DNA from: an uncultured Gemmatimonadota bacterium
GTDB taxonomy: Bacteria; SM23-81; DAOVCL01
Direction of reading: 5' to 3'
Assembly (NCBI GenBank): GCA_964626665.1
Contig: CAZVGK010000002.1
Location: 1 to 64,000 of the forward strand
DNA: 64,000 nt
Below the pieces are notes generated by a model that was given only the letters and a program-made list of their open reading frames with translations, searched no databases and was not told where the DNA came from. Numbering within the stretch: the stretch's first letter is position 1; each line of letters starts with the position of its first letter. Of the stretch, positions 10,801 to 19,297 are shown piece after piece. The translations under genes and the position numbers were made by a program.

Positions 10801-10904
10801 ACTCAGGCAAGGGGGTCTCCAGTGGAGTATACTTCTGCAGGTTAAAGGTTAAGGGTGAAAGGTTAAAAGTGGAGAAGACGAGGAAGATGGTGCTTTTGAG
10901 ATAG
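7839..10904 (+). CDS. Secreted repeat protein (probable double beta-propeller) with FlgD-Ig/T9SS-like C-terminal domain
   Basis: Signal peptide; 13 copies of PSVAFDGTNYLVVW..DIYGCRVSPSG.VLD plus one degenerate; QNYPNPFN...WDGRD..G..VSSGVYF CTD. Confidence 0.85.
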   Translation: MKRLFGAIVVLILFSGSVYGAQEKDPFNLRDVMERVAHHPKIDGEKITIGGEVYQATFDGSEVILTSRDGKHSYRIPIGEGAEPYIKDGRVCYETPDGEIQFRGTRFGLRYQRIINDPGFGKYLGDMAIRMKGRGDLVHHKRPSLSNAKGRRVPYRADQGNLWISQKDLASSQFPLNLGGEFLIDTTIVYVPAPDRQDFPSVAFDGTNYLVVWTDERSGWDIYACRVNPSGAILDPSGIYISTGGSTSRSVAFDGTNYLVVWTGEGRSGGYADIYGCRVSPMGTVLDPGGIAISPPDGGYDAYPSIAFDGRNYLVVWRHYLYGYDIYGCRVSPSGTVLDSTGIVISAAAGDQSGGSVAFDGTNYLVVWTDQRSGNDSDIYGCRVSPSGSVLDPDGVALSAAAGDQGGGSVAFDGTNYLVVWTDYSRDIWGCRVTPSLIILDPSGINISTEGWGGPFVSFDGTNYLVVWDGVYGRRVSPSGTVLDTADIHISMVGGSFPSVAFGDTNYLVVWEDRRNTSSENYSDIYGCRMSPSGTVLDSENIGISGAANSLWYPSAIFGNTNYLVVWEDYRGGSDDVDIYGCRVSPSGSVLDPACIPISTAAGYSELSPSVAFDGTNYLVVWADCRNGSDVDIYGCRVSQSGTVLDTAGFAVSTVPGGQGSPAVAFDGANYLVVWTYSRGGSDSDIYGCRIDQLGTVLDPGGIAISTAANNQGVPSVAFDGTNYLVVWEDYRSGSDSDIYGCRVSPAGAILEPAGIAISTAANNQRRPSVSFDGTNYLVVWQDKRSGGGRISICECRVSQSGTVLDPSGIAISTGPTLQESPSVAFDGTNYLVVWEDYFYDGERNICGCRIGPSGDLIDSLFTVTTQSGDQVWPTLAAGANGQILITYSGFTPYPYNAMRIWGKFYPFTGVEEEPTPGALPQQFTLEQNYPNPFNSTTAISYQLSAISYQRSAVSLKIYNILGREVRTLVDEEQPAGNYRVLWDGRDNSGKGVSSGVYFCRLKVKGERLKVEKTRKMVLLR

Positions 10905-11224
10905 AGACGAGAGATAGAGACCGCCTCACACTACCCCCTGAGAGTATATTCAATGAGGTGGTAGAACCCAGGTTCGCTCACAGTTAGATTGGGAGGTCTG
11001 GCTGCTCAGTCATTGTAGTCCGTCAGGGCAGGAGTCCTGACGGCGCAGGAGGGAGAGGGAAATCACCCTCACCTAACCTCTCCCTTCAAGGGAGAGGAAT
11101 TAGTGCTGTCAGGGTTCAGCCCTGAGAGCAAAACGGGTGTAGGGACAGGTCTTCAGATCTGTCCCAGGAGGACGGACAGACCTGAAGGTCTGTCCCTAAG
11201 AAAAGCAACTAAGGGTGTAAAAGG

Positions 11225-12253
11225 ATGAAATTTGGCAGCCCACAGTTTTTGTGGCTTTTCTGGCTTATTCCAGCCATCATCCTCTTCTATATCATCTCCT
11301 TTCGGAGAAAAAAGAAGATCCTGCAAGCCTTTGGTAACTTAGAGCTGATGGAGAAGCTCACCCCCACGGTGAGCAGGAGGAAACAAAGGCTAAAGGCCAT
11401 CCTGGTGGTAGTGGGCCTATCCTTCCTCCTCTTCTCCCTGGCCCGTCCCCAGTATGGGAAGAGGCTAAGGATGATGAAGAGGAAAGGGGTGGATATTCTC
11501 ATCTGCCTGGACACCTCCAAGAGTATGTTGGCCGAGGATATCAAGCCCAACAGGCTGGAGAGGGCTAAACATGAGCTATCTGGCCTGATCGATGGGCTGC
11601 AAGGGGACAGGGTGGGCATTGTGGCCTTTGCCGGGGATGCCTTCTTGGAATGCCCCCTCACCATCGACTATGGGGCAGCGAAGATGTTTTTGGATATTCT
11701 GGACCCGGACATCATCCCTACCCCAGGAACAGCCGTCGGTAAGGCCATCAAGGTGGCCCTGGGTGCCTTCAACCAGAAGGAGAGGAAGTATAAGGTAATA
11801 GTCCTCTTGACCGATGGTGAGGACCATCAGTCTGATCCGATAAAGGCGGCCAAGGAGGCCTCCCAGGAAGGGGTGAGGATTTACACGGTGGGAATAGGTT
11901 CCCCTCAGGGAGCTCCCATCCCCTTGAGGGATGAGAGCGGGAAGTTATTGGAGTACAAGAAGGACAAGAATGGCCAAACGGTGATGAGCAAATTAGATGA
12001 ACTGACCTTGGAGAAGGTTGCCCTGCTCACCGATGGCAAGTATTACCGCTCGACCACCGGGGGGATGGAGCTGGATAAGATCTATGAGGACCTATCAAAG
12101 TTGGAGAAGAAGGAGCTTAAATCCAGGCAATACAGCCAATATGAGGACAGGTATCAATATTTTCTCATAGTGGCCATCCTGGCCCTGTTTGCCGAAGGCC
12201 TACTGAGTGACCGGATAAGAAAGAAGGGGAAATGGGAGGGTAGATTTGCGTAG
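11225..12253 (+). CDS. batB: BatB VWA domain protein
   Basis: LARPQYG, DILICLDTSKSMLAEDIKPNRLERAK, DRVGIVAFAG, LLTDGEDH. Confidence 0.9.
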   Translation: MKFGSPQFLWLFWLIPAIILFYIISFRRKKKILQAFGNLELMEKLTPTVSRRKQRLKAILVVVGLSFLLFSLARPQYGKRLRMMKRKGVDILICLDTSKSMLAEDIKPNRLERAKHELSGLIDGLQGDRVGIVAFAGDAFLECPLTIDYGAAKMFLDILDPDIIPTPGTAVGKAIKVALGAFNQKERKYKVIVLLTDGEDHQSDPIKAAKEASQEGVRIYTVGIGSPQGAPIPLRDESGKLLEYKKDKNGQTVMSKLDELTLEKVALLTDGKYYRSTTGGMELDKIYEDLSKLEKKELKSRQYSQYEDRYQYFLIVAILALFAEGLLSDRIRKKGKWEGRFA

Positions 12254-13028
12254 GTTTATCTGGATAGGGATTGGCCTTTTTCTTCTCCTCGATACAGAGG
12301 TAAGCTGGGGGAGCCTTTGGGGGAAGAACAGGAAGGGCAACAAGCTATATGAGAAGGGGCAGTACGATGAAGCCCTCAAGGTTTATAAGGATGCCCAATT
12401 GGAATCCCCAGAGTCCCCGCAGCTTCACTACAACATTGGCAATGCCCTCTACCAGAAGAGGAAGTTCAAGGAGGCCGCCCAGGAGTATGAGAAGGCCCTC
12501 AGGTCTGATCGGCCCCTCCTCCAAGAGGGGGCATATTACAACTTGGGGAATAGCGCCTACCGACAGGGAAAACTCACCGATGCCATTCAGTATTATGAAA
12601 AGACCCTCCAGCTCAAACCAGACGATATGGATGCCAAATATAACCTGGAGTTTGTCAGAAAGAAGCTGAAGGAGACGGCCCAGAAACAACCCCCCAAAAA
12701 CCAGGGGAACCAGCAGGAAAAATCCGAGAAGGGGCAAAAGGGGAGGGAAGAGCAGAAGAAATCACAGCAGGCTAAGAAGCAACAACAGCCAAAGGAGGCA
12801 GAACAACCCAAGGAAAAGAAGTCGGAACAGGCCAAGGAGTTAAAGCAGAGCCAGGGGAAGAAGGAGGGCCAGGAGAATCCAGAGCCCTCTCCACCACAAA
12901 AGGGGATGATGAGCAAGGAAGAGGCCCAAAGGCTTCTTGATGCTTTAAAGGAACAGGAGAAGAAAGACCAGAAGGAGTTGAGGAGAGTGAAGACGAGGGG
13001 GCAGACCAAGGTAGAGAAGGATTGGTGA
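12246..13028 (+). CDS. batC: BatC TPR protein with Q/K/E-rich tail
   Basis: TPRs (YNIGNALY, YYNLGNSAY, AKYNLE), low-complexity linker, MSKEEAQRLLDAL...EKDW end; TTG start. Confidence 0.88.
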   Translation: MRRFIWIGIGLFLLLDTEVSWGSLWGKNRKGNKLYEKGQYDEALKVYKDAQLESPESPQLHYNIGNALYQKRKFKEAAQEYEKALRSDRPLLQEGAYYNLGNSAYRQGKLTDAIQYYEKTLQLKPDDMDAKYNLEFVRKKLKETAQKQPPKNQGNQQEKSEKGQKGREEQKKSQQAKKQQQPKEAEQPKEKKSEQAKELKQSQGKKEGQENPEPSPPQKGMMSKEEAQRLLDALKEQEKKDQKELRRVKTRGQTKVEKDW

Positions 13029-14872
13029 TGATGAAGGGTTTAAAGGAGATCTTTGGGGGGTTCTTGATCTTACTCCTTTTCCTTGTTGGTTTGCGGGGAG
13101 TGCAGGCGGGAGAACTTAGCTTTAGCGCCTCCGTGGATAGGCGGCAACTCTCCCTCGGCGAACAGCTTACCCTCACGGTCAGCGTATCAGGCAAGGGCGT
13201 AGGATCGGTCTCTGAACCCGAGGCTCCCTCCCTCGCTGGATTTGAGGTGGTGGGAACGAACTCCTCTACCTCCTCCCAGATCCAGTTCATCAATGGGAGG
13301 ATGAGTTCCTCAAAGACCAGAGACTTCATCTACTATCTTCAACCCACCAGGGTGGGTGAATTGAAGATCGGCTCCTTCAGGCTGAAGGTAAAGGGGAAAA
13401 CCTATGCCACCGATCCCATTGTCATTCAGGTAACCCCGTCGGCCGGGGGCACTGCTCAAGTCCCCCAGTTTGCCACCCCACAGATACCATCCGGGAAGGT
13501 CTCGGGGAGGAGAGGGGACCTCCTTCTTTTGGCCACCTACTCTCCTCAGAGGGTATATATAGGGGAGCAGGTTACCGTTACCTATCTGCTTTGCACCAGA
13601 AGTGACCTCAGGAATGTGCAGTTGGGGCAACTCCCCTCCAACACCGGCTTTTGGGCCGAGGAGTTATACCAGGCCAAGACCCTCAATTTTCATCCTCAGG
13701 TGATCAATGGAAGGAGATACAGGGTGGCCAAGATCAGGGAGGTGGCCCTCTTTCCCACCACCACAGGTGAGCTGAAAATCAATCCCATGGAATTGGTCTG
13801 CGATGTGCAGCTAAGGAGCAACGACTTCTTCGACTTCTGGGGAAGGAGCAAGAGGATAAAGATAAGGAGCAACCCCGGGGAGATCAGGGTCAACCCCCTT
13901 CCCGAGTTGGGGAAACCGGCGACGTTTGCCGGCGCGGTGGGCCATTTTACGGTCCAAGCTGCCATAGACAAGAAACAGGTTGCTGCAGGTAATCCGATAA
14001 ATCTTACCGTAACTATCCAGGGGACCGGCAACCTGAAGCTGATGCCCGCGCCTCAGCTTTCTTCCCTTGAGGGTTTCAAAAGATACGAGCCGGAAGTGGA
14101 GGAAAAAATCTCCAAGGTTAACTTACAAGTAGGGGGGAGGAAGACATTTAATTATGTCCTTATTCCTGAAAAGTCGGGTAGGTTTCAAATCGATCCCCTA
14201 GTTCTTCCCTATTTTGATCCCCAGGCAAAATGTTATCGCCAAGCTCGCAGCCAACCGCTGGCCTTGCAGGTTATCCCCGGGGAGAAGGAGGAGAGGGTTG
14301 CAGCTTTTCCCCTAAGCAGGGAGGTGCAGCTCTTAGGGAAGGATGTTAGGTATATAAAGTCAGATCTGACCAAACTCCCCGATCAAGGTAGGGAGCTTTA
14401 CAAAAGCCCTCTCTACATTCTTCTCCATATCTTCCCCCTCTTGGCCATTTTCGCCTCCTTTGCCTATCGTAGGCACTACTTGCGGATAAGTCAAGATGTT
14501 GGCTACGCTCGAAAGCAGAGAGCTAAGGGGCTCACCCAGAGGAGGCTAAAGGAGGCGAAGAGATTGCTTAAGGAGGGCTTGGCAGGTGAGTTCTATGGAG
14601 CCATAGCCAAAGCGCTCACCGACTATATCGGAGATAAGCTGAACATCGAGGCCACAGGCCTGACAATAGATCAATTATTAGATCTGCTTAAGGAGAGAGG
14701 TTATCCCTTAGAGGTTAGGGAGAAGTATTTGGCCTGCTATAACAACTGCGATTTGGCCCGTTTCTCCCCTTCCAGTATATCTACGGGGAAGATGGAGGAG
14801 ACCTTAAAATTGGCTCAGGAGGCCATTCTGGCCTTGGAGAGAACAACAAAACAGGGAAGGAGAAATGGGTAA
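13028..14872 (+). CDS. batD: BatD family protein
   Basis: Signal peptide, SVDR..LSLGE.LTLTV, SSQIQFINGR, VYIGEQV, FAGAVG.F, G.GNL, YFDP, TM, helical tail. Confidence 0.88.
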   Translation: MMKGLKEIFGGFLILLLFLVGLRGVQAGELSFSASVDRRQLSLGEQLTLTVSVSGKGVGSVSEPEAPSLAGFEVVGTNSSTSSQIQFINGRMSSSKTRDFIYYLQPTRVGELKIGSFRLKVKGKTYATDPIVIQVTPSAGGTAQVPQFATPQIPSGKVSGRRGDLLLLATYSPQRVYIGEQVTVTYLLCTRSDLRNVQLGQLPSNTGFWAEELYQAKTLNFHPQVINGRRYRVAKIREVALFPTTTGELKINPMELVCDVQLRSNDFFDFWGRSKRIKIRSNPGEIRVNPLPELGKPATFAGAVGHFTVQAAIDKKQVAAGNPINLTVTIQGTGNLKLMPAPQLSSLEGFKRYEPEVEEKISKVNLQVGGRKTFNYVLIPEKSGRFQIDPLVLPYFDPQAKCYRQARSQPLALQVIPGEKEERVAAFPLSREVQLLGKDVRYIKSDLTKLPDQGRELYKSPLYILLHIFPLLAIFASFAYRRHYLRISQDVGYARKQRAKGLTQRRLKEAKRLLKEGLAGEFYGAIAKALTDYIGDKLNIEATGLTIDQLLDLLKERGYPLEVREKYLACYNNCDLARFSPSSISTGKMEETLKLAQEAILALERTTKQGRRNG

Positions 14873-15563
14873 GAAAAAGAGGAAGAAGTCGACATTCCAG
14901 GAGTACTTGGAGAGCATAATTATAGCCGTGCTCTTGGCCTTTGTGATCAAGACCTCTATTGTAGAGGCCTATAGGATCCCTACCGGCTCGATGGAGGATA
15001 CCCTCTTAGTAGGTGATTTCCTTTTGGCTAACAAGTTCATCTACGGAGCGAGGTTACCCCTTATTGGGGTGAGGCTGCCTGCCCTACAGAACCCTCATCC
15101 CGGGCAAGTGGTTATCTTCAAGTACCCGCTGGACCGGAAGACCAACTATATTAAGAGGGTGGTGGCCACCGAGGGCCAGGTGGTGGAGATAAAGGACAAA
15201 AGGCTTTATGTTGATGGAAAGCTTGTCCCTGATCCAACCCACTCCAAGCATACTGACCTCAGGGAGATCCCGCGGGGGACGAACAACAGGGACAACTTCG
15301 GGCCGGTAAGGGTTCCCCAGGGATATATATTTGTGATGGGCGACAACCGAGACAACAGCTATGACAGCAGGTTTTGGGGTTTTTTAGATAGAAAGTTGAT
15401 CAGGGGTGAGGCAATGATCATCCATTTCTCCTGGAAGCCCGATTCCTCTGCTCCCAAACTTTTCTGGGATAATCCCCTCTCCGCCATTCACCTCCTCTTC
15501 TATAACCTAATTCATTCTCCCTGGAGGATAAGGTGGAAAAGAATTGGCCACCTGATAAGGTGA
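14865..15563 (+). CDS. lepB: Signal peptidase I
   Basis: IPTGSMEDTLLVGD (Ser), YIKRVV (Lys), FVMGDNRDNSYDSRFWG. Confidence 0.95.
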   Translation: MGKKKRKKSTFQEYLESIIIAVLLAFVIKTSIVEAYRIPTGSMEDTLLVGDFLLANKFIYGARLPLIGVRLPALQNPHPGQVVIFKYPLDRKTNYIKRVVATEGQVVEIKDKRLYVDGKLVPDPTHSKHTDLREIPRGTNNRDNFGPVRVPQGYIFVMGDNRDNSYDSRFWGFLDRKLIRGEAMIIHFSWKPDSSAPKLFWDNPLSAIHLLFYNLIHSPWRIRWKRIGHLIR

Positions 15564-15564
15564 G

Positions 15565-16329
15565 GTGCTGAGGCCATTTCTGATAACCTTTTTCTTGGTG
15601 GCCCTCCCCTGGGCAGTCTCTTCCCCCGAACTTAGCCCATCTCAGGCCTATAATCAGGGGAACAGATTTTTCCAGGAGGCCCAGTATAAGAAGGCAATCG
15701 AAAGCTACCGGAGAGCCCTCGGTGAGGGGGTAAGAAACAGTTATCTCTTCTATAACCTGGGGAATGCCTATTACAAGGATGGTCAACTGGGCAGGGCGAT
15801 CTGGGCTTATGAGAAGGCCAAGATACTTTCCCCGCGGGACGGGGATATAACCTACAATCTCAAACTCCTCCGTTCGCTTTTGGAGGATAAATCAGCGGTG
15901 GCTTCCTCGGGAGGGATGGTTGAGTTTTTTAGCCGGCTCCCCGGTTACTTCACCCTGCGGGAGCTCTCCTGGGGGGAGTCTATCCTCTATCTCCTTTTTA
16001 CCCTCTCCATTGTTGGTTTTCTTTTAGGGTTTAAGCCAGGTCCCAGGAGGGCAATGAGGTATTTAATTACCATCGTTGCTCCCCTCCTTTTTGTTTCTCT
16101 CCTCCTTTTTGCCGCCCGCACCTATGAGTTGAACTTTAAACAAAGGGCCGTCATCTTGGAGGCCCAGTTGGAGGCCAGAAGCGGACCAGGTGAGGAGTAT
16201 ACCAAGATAATTACCCTCCACGAGGGGATAGAGGTGGAGATAAGGGAGAACCGGCAGGGTTGGTGTTTGATCAAGCTTCCCAATGGACTGGGTGGTTGGA
16301 TAGAGAAGGGTTCCCTGCTCAGAATTTGA
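15565..16329 (+). CDS. batE: BatE TPR + TM + SH3b protein
   Basis: YNLGNAYYK.GQLG.AIWAYEKA, two TMs, RSGPGEEY...LHEG...W..IKL.NG..GWI. Confidence 0.88.
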   Translation: MLRPFLITFFLVALPWAVSSPELSPSQAYNQGNRFFQEAQYKKAIESYRRALGEGVRNSYLFYNLGNAYYKDGQLGRAIWAYEKAKILSPRDGDITYNLKLLRSLLEDKSAVASSGGMVEFFSRLPGYFTLRELSWGESILYLLFTLSIVGFLLGFKPGPRRAMRYLITIVAPLLFVSLLLFAARTYELNFKQRAVILEAQLEARSGPGEEYTKIITLHEGIEVEIRENRQGWCLIKLPNGLGGWIEKGSLLRI

Positions 16330-16468
16330 TTTCAGGGGCTTACTATCCTTAAATACCGAAATAACTTCCTGATATTTCGATAGTTTCGGTTTCATTAAAG
16401 CATTTTCTTTTTTGCAACCACGCGAAAAAGACTTGGCAGTAGATGATATGGTTCTTATAGTTCATTCT

Positions 16469-16643
16469 AACCCGTATTCCGGAAAATCAGTTTTTAGATT
16501 CGTAACTCATTGATTTTTAAAGATAAATTTTCCGGATTTTTATGGACTACATTTTTATTGGTTGTTATTAAAAAACTGTTCAACTGGTTGATATTATTGT
16601 AGTTTTTCGTATTTGATCTTAAATTTTTTCCGGAATGTGGGTT
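16469..16643. mobile_element. Non-autonomous element (MITE-like) with terminal inverted repeats
   Basis: AACCCGTATTCCGGAAAA ... TTTTCCGGAATGTGGGTT; AT-rich interior with no ORF. Confidence 0.5.
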
Positions 16644-16741
16644 CTAAGATGGACCAGGGGATCCCCTTTATAGTGGATTATAATTTGTGTAATTCCTTGA
16701 GATTCCGTGGTGAAATGTTATAAAGCAAAGGAGATATTCAA

Positions 16742-17257
16742 ATGGAAGAAGAGTATACTCTGAAGATAATCTATGAAACCCTGCAGAAGTTTGGCCAGGA
16801 GAACAAGGCACGGTTTGATGGAATAGACAAGCATTTTGAGCAGATAGATGGTCGTTTTGAACAAGTTGATAGTCGTTTTGAGCAGATAGATAGTCGTTTT
16901 GAGCAGATAGACAAGCGTTTTGAGCAGATAGATAGTCGTTTTGAGCAGATAGATAGTCGTTTTGAGCAGATAGACAAGCGTTTTGAGCAGATAGATAGTC
17001 GTTTTGAACAAGTTGATAGTCGTTTTGAGCAGATAGATAGTCGTTTTGAGCAGATAGATAAGCGCTTTGAGCAGATAGATAAGCGCTTTGATAAAATGCA
17101 AAAGGATATGGATCAAAGGTTTGATGCGGTTGACCGTCGGCTGGAAACTTTGGAGAAAGCGGTTCAGGAGATTAAACTGGCAGTTAAAGTTGTAGAGGCT
17201 AAGAGTGAAGCTTACGACCGGAAGTTTGAGGCTATCGGGAAAGGTGCTTTAGCCTGA
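16742..17257 (+). CDS. Heptad-repeat coiled-coil protein ([SKG][RH]FEQ[IV]D x12)
   Basis: 21-bp tandem repeat 16829-17080 in frame; RBS AAGGAG. Confidence 0.85.
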   Translation: MEEEYTLKIIYETLQKFGQENKARFDGIDKHFEQIDGRFEQVDSRFEQIDSRFEQIDKRFEQIDSRFEQIDSRFEQIDKRFEQIDSRFEQVDSRFEQIDSRFEQIDKRFEQIDKRFDKMQKDMDQRFDAVDRRLETLEKAVQEIKLAVKVVEAKSEAYDRKFEAIGKGALA

Positions 17258-17347
17258 AGAAGGGTTATAACCCCGGCTCAGGTGGGAAACTGGGTGGAAT
17301 GGCCAGGGGGGATGACTTCTGACACTTTTTTCGCCCCTATTAAAAAG

Positions 17348-17535
17348 TCATTGCTCGCCCCGGTAGATATCAATGACGTTTCGCTGAACCCCGAGATTGG
17401 TAGAAATCATCTAACGGGGTGAGCAAAGCGAAGCAATTTCCAAGGGATTGCTCATCCCGATTTCATCGGGATTCGCAACGATTTCGTCGGATTGCTTCGT
17501 CGTCCCAAAAACTTTCGGGACTCCTTGCAATGACA
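17348..17535. repeat. Nested palindromic repeat cluster (GTCATTGC...GCAATGAC type with inserts)
   Basis: GTCATTGCTCG...GAAGCAAT...GGATTGCTTCGTCG...CCTTGCAATGAC with internal TGAA-CCCCG...TAACGGGG-TGAG and ATCCCG..CGGGAT hairpins. Confidence 0.6.
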
Positions 17536-17895
17536 AAGTACGGGCAGGTGCGGTAATAAATCTTCAATCGACGCAAGCCATTAGAGGAGGAGAACTCTTC
17601 GCATGAATGTAACTCTTTTCACCTAAATCCCTATATGAGCCATAACCCCAAATTACGCACATTAAACATTGAAAATCATTGAGAACCTCTGGAGTCACTT
17701 CCTGAAAATTCAGTGACTTCGGTGTCAGTTGGTGTTTTCACCCATTATTTGAGCTTGCTTTCCTCACCTCTAAGTAGCAATATTATCCAATATAAAAGAG
17801 CAATATCTGCAGAGCAAATTCTGTTCATCTGGTTTATTCTTTCCTTTAGCTCGTTAAGCTGAATAAGCTTTTTAACCTGTGCAAGGTGATTAAAG

Positions 17896-18666
17896 TTGGC
17901 AGCTACCACAAAGCCAGTTTTGGTGATAGGCAACCTGCAGAGCTTTAAGGGAACCATCTATAACCTTCTCCTCAACGGTTTTCGCATTTTTTATGCCTTA
18001 ACCATCCCCCAGGAATCATTTGATGTAATCAATGCGGTCCGATTGATAATTTTGGATGGGCAAGCATCTCAAACCCTCGATCTAAAAGCCATCTCTGTTC
18101 CGGTGATCATCGTGAGCGGTAACGGGTTTGGGGATGTCCTGGATGCCTATTTTCTGAAGAGGTCCCCGGTTCCTTCGGCAGAGGCGGCGGAAGTGCAAGC
18201 TGAGGTAGATCGGGCCTTCTTTGGGGGTAATGGGTTTGAACCTGCATCTGGGAGGAGGCTGGTGCTCGAGGAGTTGGGTGGTTTTACCGTTTTGCAATTG
18301 CATGACAGTCATAGGCTTCCTTTAAATGAGGGGGTTAGCCGAGCCTTGGACTTTATGGAGGAACACTATTTTGAGAACATATCACTTGGGGATATTACCA
18401 AGGCCGCCTGTTTGAGCCGTTACCACTTCTGTAGGCTCTTTAAAAAGCAGTTAGGGGTTACCTGTATCTCCTATCTTTCTCGCTTGCGAATTGAGAAGGC
18501 CAAATTCCTGCTGGGAAACACCCTCTATCCTATAACCCAAATCTGCTTCGATGTCGGCTTCAACGACCTCTCCCATTTCGAGAGGGTATTCCGATCCATC
18601 GAGGGCATCCCCCCATCTACATATAGGAAGAGAACCCCGCCAAAAAGACAAGAAATACAAGGTTAA
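17896..18666 (+). CDS. AraC-family transcriptional regulator (possibly degenerate receiver-like N-terminus)
   Basis: ISLGDI..AACLSRYHFCRLFKK, RLRIEKAK.LL, ITQICFDVGFNDLSHFERVF...G.PPSTYR; start uncertain. Confidence 0.85.
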   Translation: MAATTKPVLVIGNLQSFKGTIYNLLLNGFRIFYALTIPQESFDVINAVRLIILDGQASQTLDLKAISVPVIIVSGNGFGDVLDAYFLKRSPVPSAEAAEVQAEVDRAFFGGNGFEPASGRRLVLEELGGFTVLQLHDSHRLPLNEGVSRALDFMEEHYFENISLGDITKAACLSRYHFCRLFKKQLGVTCISYLSRLRIEKAKFLLGNTLYPITQICFDVGFNDLSHFERVFRSIEGIPPSTYRKRTPPKRQEIQG

Positions 18667-18718
18667 TAGCAATTTATGCAGAGCATTCAGGGACTATCCT
18701 AACTATCCTATAAGTTAG

Positions 18719-19297
18719 ATGGGAAATAGGATAGTCCGAAATGTCGAACTTAGCTCCCTGAGCAAGGATGGCAATCTACTCCAACGGGAACTCGGTGAGA
18801 GGATTTTTCTCGTTTTAAAGAGGGAATTGAGAAAGTTGCCCAAGGGGGGGATACTCTTCCTCGATTCTCGTCAGGTTAAGTACGCCACATCCAGCTGTCT
18901 GGTTGAGATCCTCAAAATCTTTGATGAGGCCAAGAATGCGGATTATGAAGGAAAATACCTTTTGTTGAGATTGGACCTCAAGAACGAGGATTTTGTGGAC
19001 TGCTTGAGCCTGACCGTCAAGGAGAGGGGGATGGTTCTTCCGGCGATAGATGAGAAGGGAGGATGGACCCTCGTTGGTGAACTATCCCGGGCTCTGCGGG
19101 AGACCCTGGAACTGGTGAGAAAGAAAAGGAGAGCCACCTCGAATCAGATTGGTAGCCATTTTAGCATCCCCATTAGTGCGGCCAGCAACCGGTTAAAGGA
19201 GCTTTATCAACTCAAGCTGATATCCCGCAGGGAGGAGAACATTCGCACCTCTGGTGGCTGGCAGTTTGTCTACACCCCTCTCCCCATAAAGGAATGA
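18719..19297 (+). CDS. STAS-like + winged-HTH protein (putative regulator)
   Basis: N-terminal RELGE.I...L.LD...V.Y..SSCL.E pattern; C-terminal TSNQIG....IPISAASNRLKELYQLKLI.R; overlaps ATPase start (ATGA). Confidence 0.55.
   Translation: MGNRIVRNVELSSLSKDGNLLQRELGERIFLVLKRELRKLPKGGILFLDSRQVKYATSSCLVEILKIFDEAKNADYEGKYLLLRLDLKNEDFVDCLSLTVKERGMVLPAIDEKGGWTLVGELSRALRETLELVRKKRRATSNQIGSHFSIPISAASNRLKELYQLKLISRREENIRTSGGWQFVYTPLPIKE

Noticed and set aside
16829-17080. Possible CRISPR array
   Set aside because: Contiguous 21-bp units with no unique spacers; in-frame coding repeat; no cas genes.
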